Assembly: GCA_965113315.1 (NCBI GenBank)
Contig: OZ220365.1
DNA from: Podarcis vaucheri
Lineage: Eukaryota
DNA length: 64,000 nt
Direction: 5' to 3' (one strand)
This document shows, one piece after another, positions 61,480 to 64,000 of this stretch. The notes under the pieces are model-generated. The model was not told the DNA's origin. It searched no databases and saw nothing but the letters and a program-made list of their open reading frames with translations. Each line of letters starts with the position of its first letter. Positions within the stretch are counted from its first letter, which is position 1. Position numbers and translations under genes: made by a program.

Positions 61480-62690
61480 CAATAGAGCATGTCCTTCTCC
61501 AGTGCCTGCGTTACAGAGACATTCGTATTATCCTGATTTCCCCACTACTTCGTAAGTACCCAGGGCACACAGGGCAATCCTATACCTCCCTGCTGCTCTC
61601 AGATACCAGTCTTGCTAGAACATATGATGTTGCACAGTAGCGCTCAGAATTTGTCGGAGGATGACCTGTGCCACAAACCAGATTTAATGAACATATCAGA
61701 ATGTTCTGTAGATTGTCTTTTATATATCAACCTTTTATGCTCCTCCACACCCACCCAATGCTCCTATTCCTTCTTTTAGACTCTTAAATTCTTAAGAGAT
61801 TTTTATATTTACCTTCTGTTTTAATACCTTTTAGCTTTCCAAAACGCTTTTCAGATTTTAAATGACTGTATTCCACCCTTTTATGCTGGTCTATGACCGT
61901 AATACAGATTTGTATTGTACTGAAAATATTTTAACTTAATTTGGAAATGTCACAAACAGTAGTCTAACTGATGAGGGAGGGCATTGCTGAAGATGGCCTC
62001 CCTCCCCTTTCTGTTGACAAAAGCCTCCTGTTAGAGAAGCAGCAGTTGGATACAACCGAGTAACTTTTGCATGATCCCTTCTATTAGAAGTTAGGAATAA
62101 TGTGATGCAATTTATATTGTTGTTTCTTTTCTTAAAGCCAGCAACCAAAGAAATTATTTTTAAAACGTTAGTAGTAGTAGCGGCTTGCAAGATTTGAATC
62201 GGCTTGCTTCTCAGTGCCAAACAGGAAATCAAAGACCAACATACTGCTAACCAACCTTACTGTTAAGAGCTGGGTGAGCTGCTGTGGTTGAGACCTGGGT
62301 AATTTTTATCCCTGCTATGGCACTCTGACCTCCCCATTCCATGTGCCACGAAAAGGAAGACTGCTCCCCATACCAAGTGGGGTGGGTGTGCCTGGAAATA
62401 GAGGGGCCACAGCTTGGATTAGGCCTGGGTGTTTGCCCACCACCAAGTTTAAAGGTTGTGTTATATCAGGTTTCCACTTCTGGTTTCCCCCCACATTTTA
62501 ACAGTAAGCATCCCCCCCCCCGCCCTGTGGCACTGCAATTGTAAATTCTTGTAAACTGCCCTGAGTAGGGCAGAGGCACTAGAAAGGTGGCACATAAATG
62601 TTTATATAAGAAAATACAATAAATGTAGACCATTTGATCAAAATTTGATTTTGAACAGAAACACTCTAGGCTGAAATTTTAACTCAAGTA

Positions 62691-63343
62691 CCGTATTTTT
62701 CGTCCCATAGGATGCTCCGTCCATAGGACGCACCTAGCTTTTTTGGGGGAAACTAAAGGAATTTCCCCCCCCTTTATTTCCCCCCCAAAAGCAGGTCAGG
62801 GAAACTGAACCAGGTCGAGGAACAGCGGGATGGTGGCGCTGCGCCTCCCTGCTGTCCCCCGAGCTTGTGGGGCTGGCTGATGTCTGCCCGGTGCGAGGGG
62901 CGCTCTGCTTCAGGGCGCCCCGCCCGCCGGGCAGCAGGCTGCTATCCGCAGCGTGGGGAGCCCTGCGGGGAACTCCCGCAGGGCTGCCTAGGCTGCGGAG
63001 GTGTTCCCGAAGCGCCAGGCGCTCTGCTTTCAGGGTGCCCGACGCTCCGGGAAGCAGGCTGCGGATGTGTTCCCGAAGCGCCAGGCGCTCTGCTTTCAGG
63101 GCGCCCGGCGCTCCGGGAAGCAGGCTACTATCCGCAGCCTAGACAGCCCTGCGGGAACTCCCGCAGGGCTGCCTAGGCTGCGGATGTCTTCCTGAAGCCT
63201 GGAGAGCGAGAGGGGTCGGTGCGCACCGACCCCTCTCGCTCTCCAAGCTTCAGCAAAGCCTGCATCCGCCTCATAGGACGCACCCAGATTTCCCCTTCAT
63301 TTTTGGAGGGAAAAAAGTGCGTCCTATAGGGTGAAAAATATGG
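62691..63343. mobile_element. Tc1/mariner(pogo)-type MITE with internal GC-rich tandem repeats
   Basis: TA-CCGTATTTTTCG...TGAAAAATATGG-TA; left part nearly identical to 34708-34885. Confidence 0.85.
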
Positions 63344-64000
63344 TACCTATTTTTTTGGTGTCCACTGAGAACTTGGTTTTAACATTCTAAGAAAGGGAAC
63401 TGAATGTCTGGCTCTAACACATTCATGTGTTCAGAGTAGCACTTACCTGCTATTTAAATTATGCTTCAGCCTGTAGACAGACACTGCTTCTGTAAAAACC
63501 CAGGGGACTGAGAACATCAGTATCATGCACCTGCAGGAGAGCTCACCTGCCTGGCTCATGCAGCAGACAGGTGCAACCCACAAGGTAAAAACTTTTTATC
63601 TGTTTATAGAAGTCTATTCAGTTCCACACAGAGATACTAAACCTCTTTAAACTAAATGCTTTAATAGAAAAAAACAAAAATACAAAATCTCTTTCCGGAA
63701 AGCAGAAATATTCAGTCTTCTTAGAATGACAAAATTTAAGAGTATGCTTTCTCCAACCCCAGGTTTTGCATGCTCACACACTTGTATGAAAACTTCATGA
63801 AACAACTTAATAGTTCAGTAATCAGTGGAAAACATTGGAAGTTGGCAAAGCTGCATCTTCTCACAATTAATAATTTAGTAATACTATTTTTTTCACATCG
63901 TCTGCACACCTTTGCCCATATTTATCTGCAGAAAGTATTTTTGGTGAGGTGAAATGTGTCCCTTTCTATTAGGAGTCCAAACATGCTACTATAAAGTCAG

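Noticed and set aside
61900-64000. 3' end of the expected next gene (TAF5L by amniote synteny)
   Set aside because: No coding exon or convincing 3'-end signal is recognisable in the window.

Overview
Vertebrate genomic DNA; the repeat content suggests a squamate reptile, possibly a lacertid lizard (inference). Three genes lie head-to-tail on the minus strand in the conserved ACTA1-NUP133-ABCB10 order. (1) The skeletal alpha-actin (ACTA1) promoter and non-coding exon 1 are at the left edge. (2) NUP133 is complete: 26 coding exons, 36892->8442, about 1147 aa. (3) ABCB10 is complete: 13 coding exons, 55274->41822, about 700 aa. I read exon boundaries by hand from GT-AG sites and frame continuity. 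Introns and intergenic DNA hold many hAT and Tc1/mariner(pogo)-type MITEs, CR1/L2/SINE fragments and Penelope-like remnants. Three structures stand out. (a) An apparent composite transposon at 60232-60939: two direct copies of a hAT MITE flank 416 bp of CpG-rich cargo, with one 8-bp target-site duplication (TSD) around the whole unit. (b) A young Penelope-like insertion in ABCB10 intron 11 that places an intact minimal hammerhead ribozyme and a ~135-bp hairpin on the transcribed strand. (c) A 1.6-kb mosaic hAT element carrying pieces of other transposon classes. Most ORFs in the supplied track are spurious.
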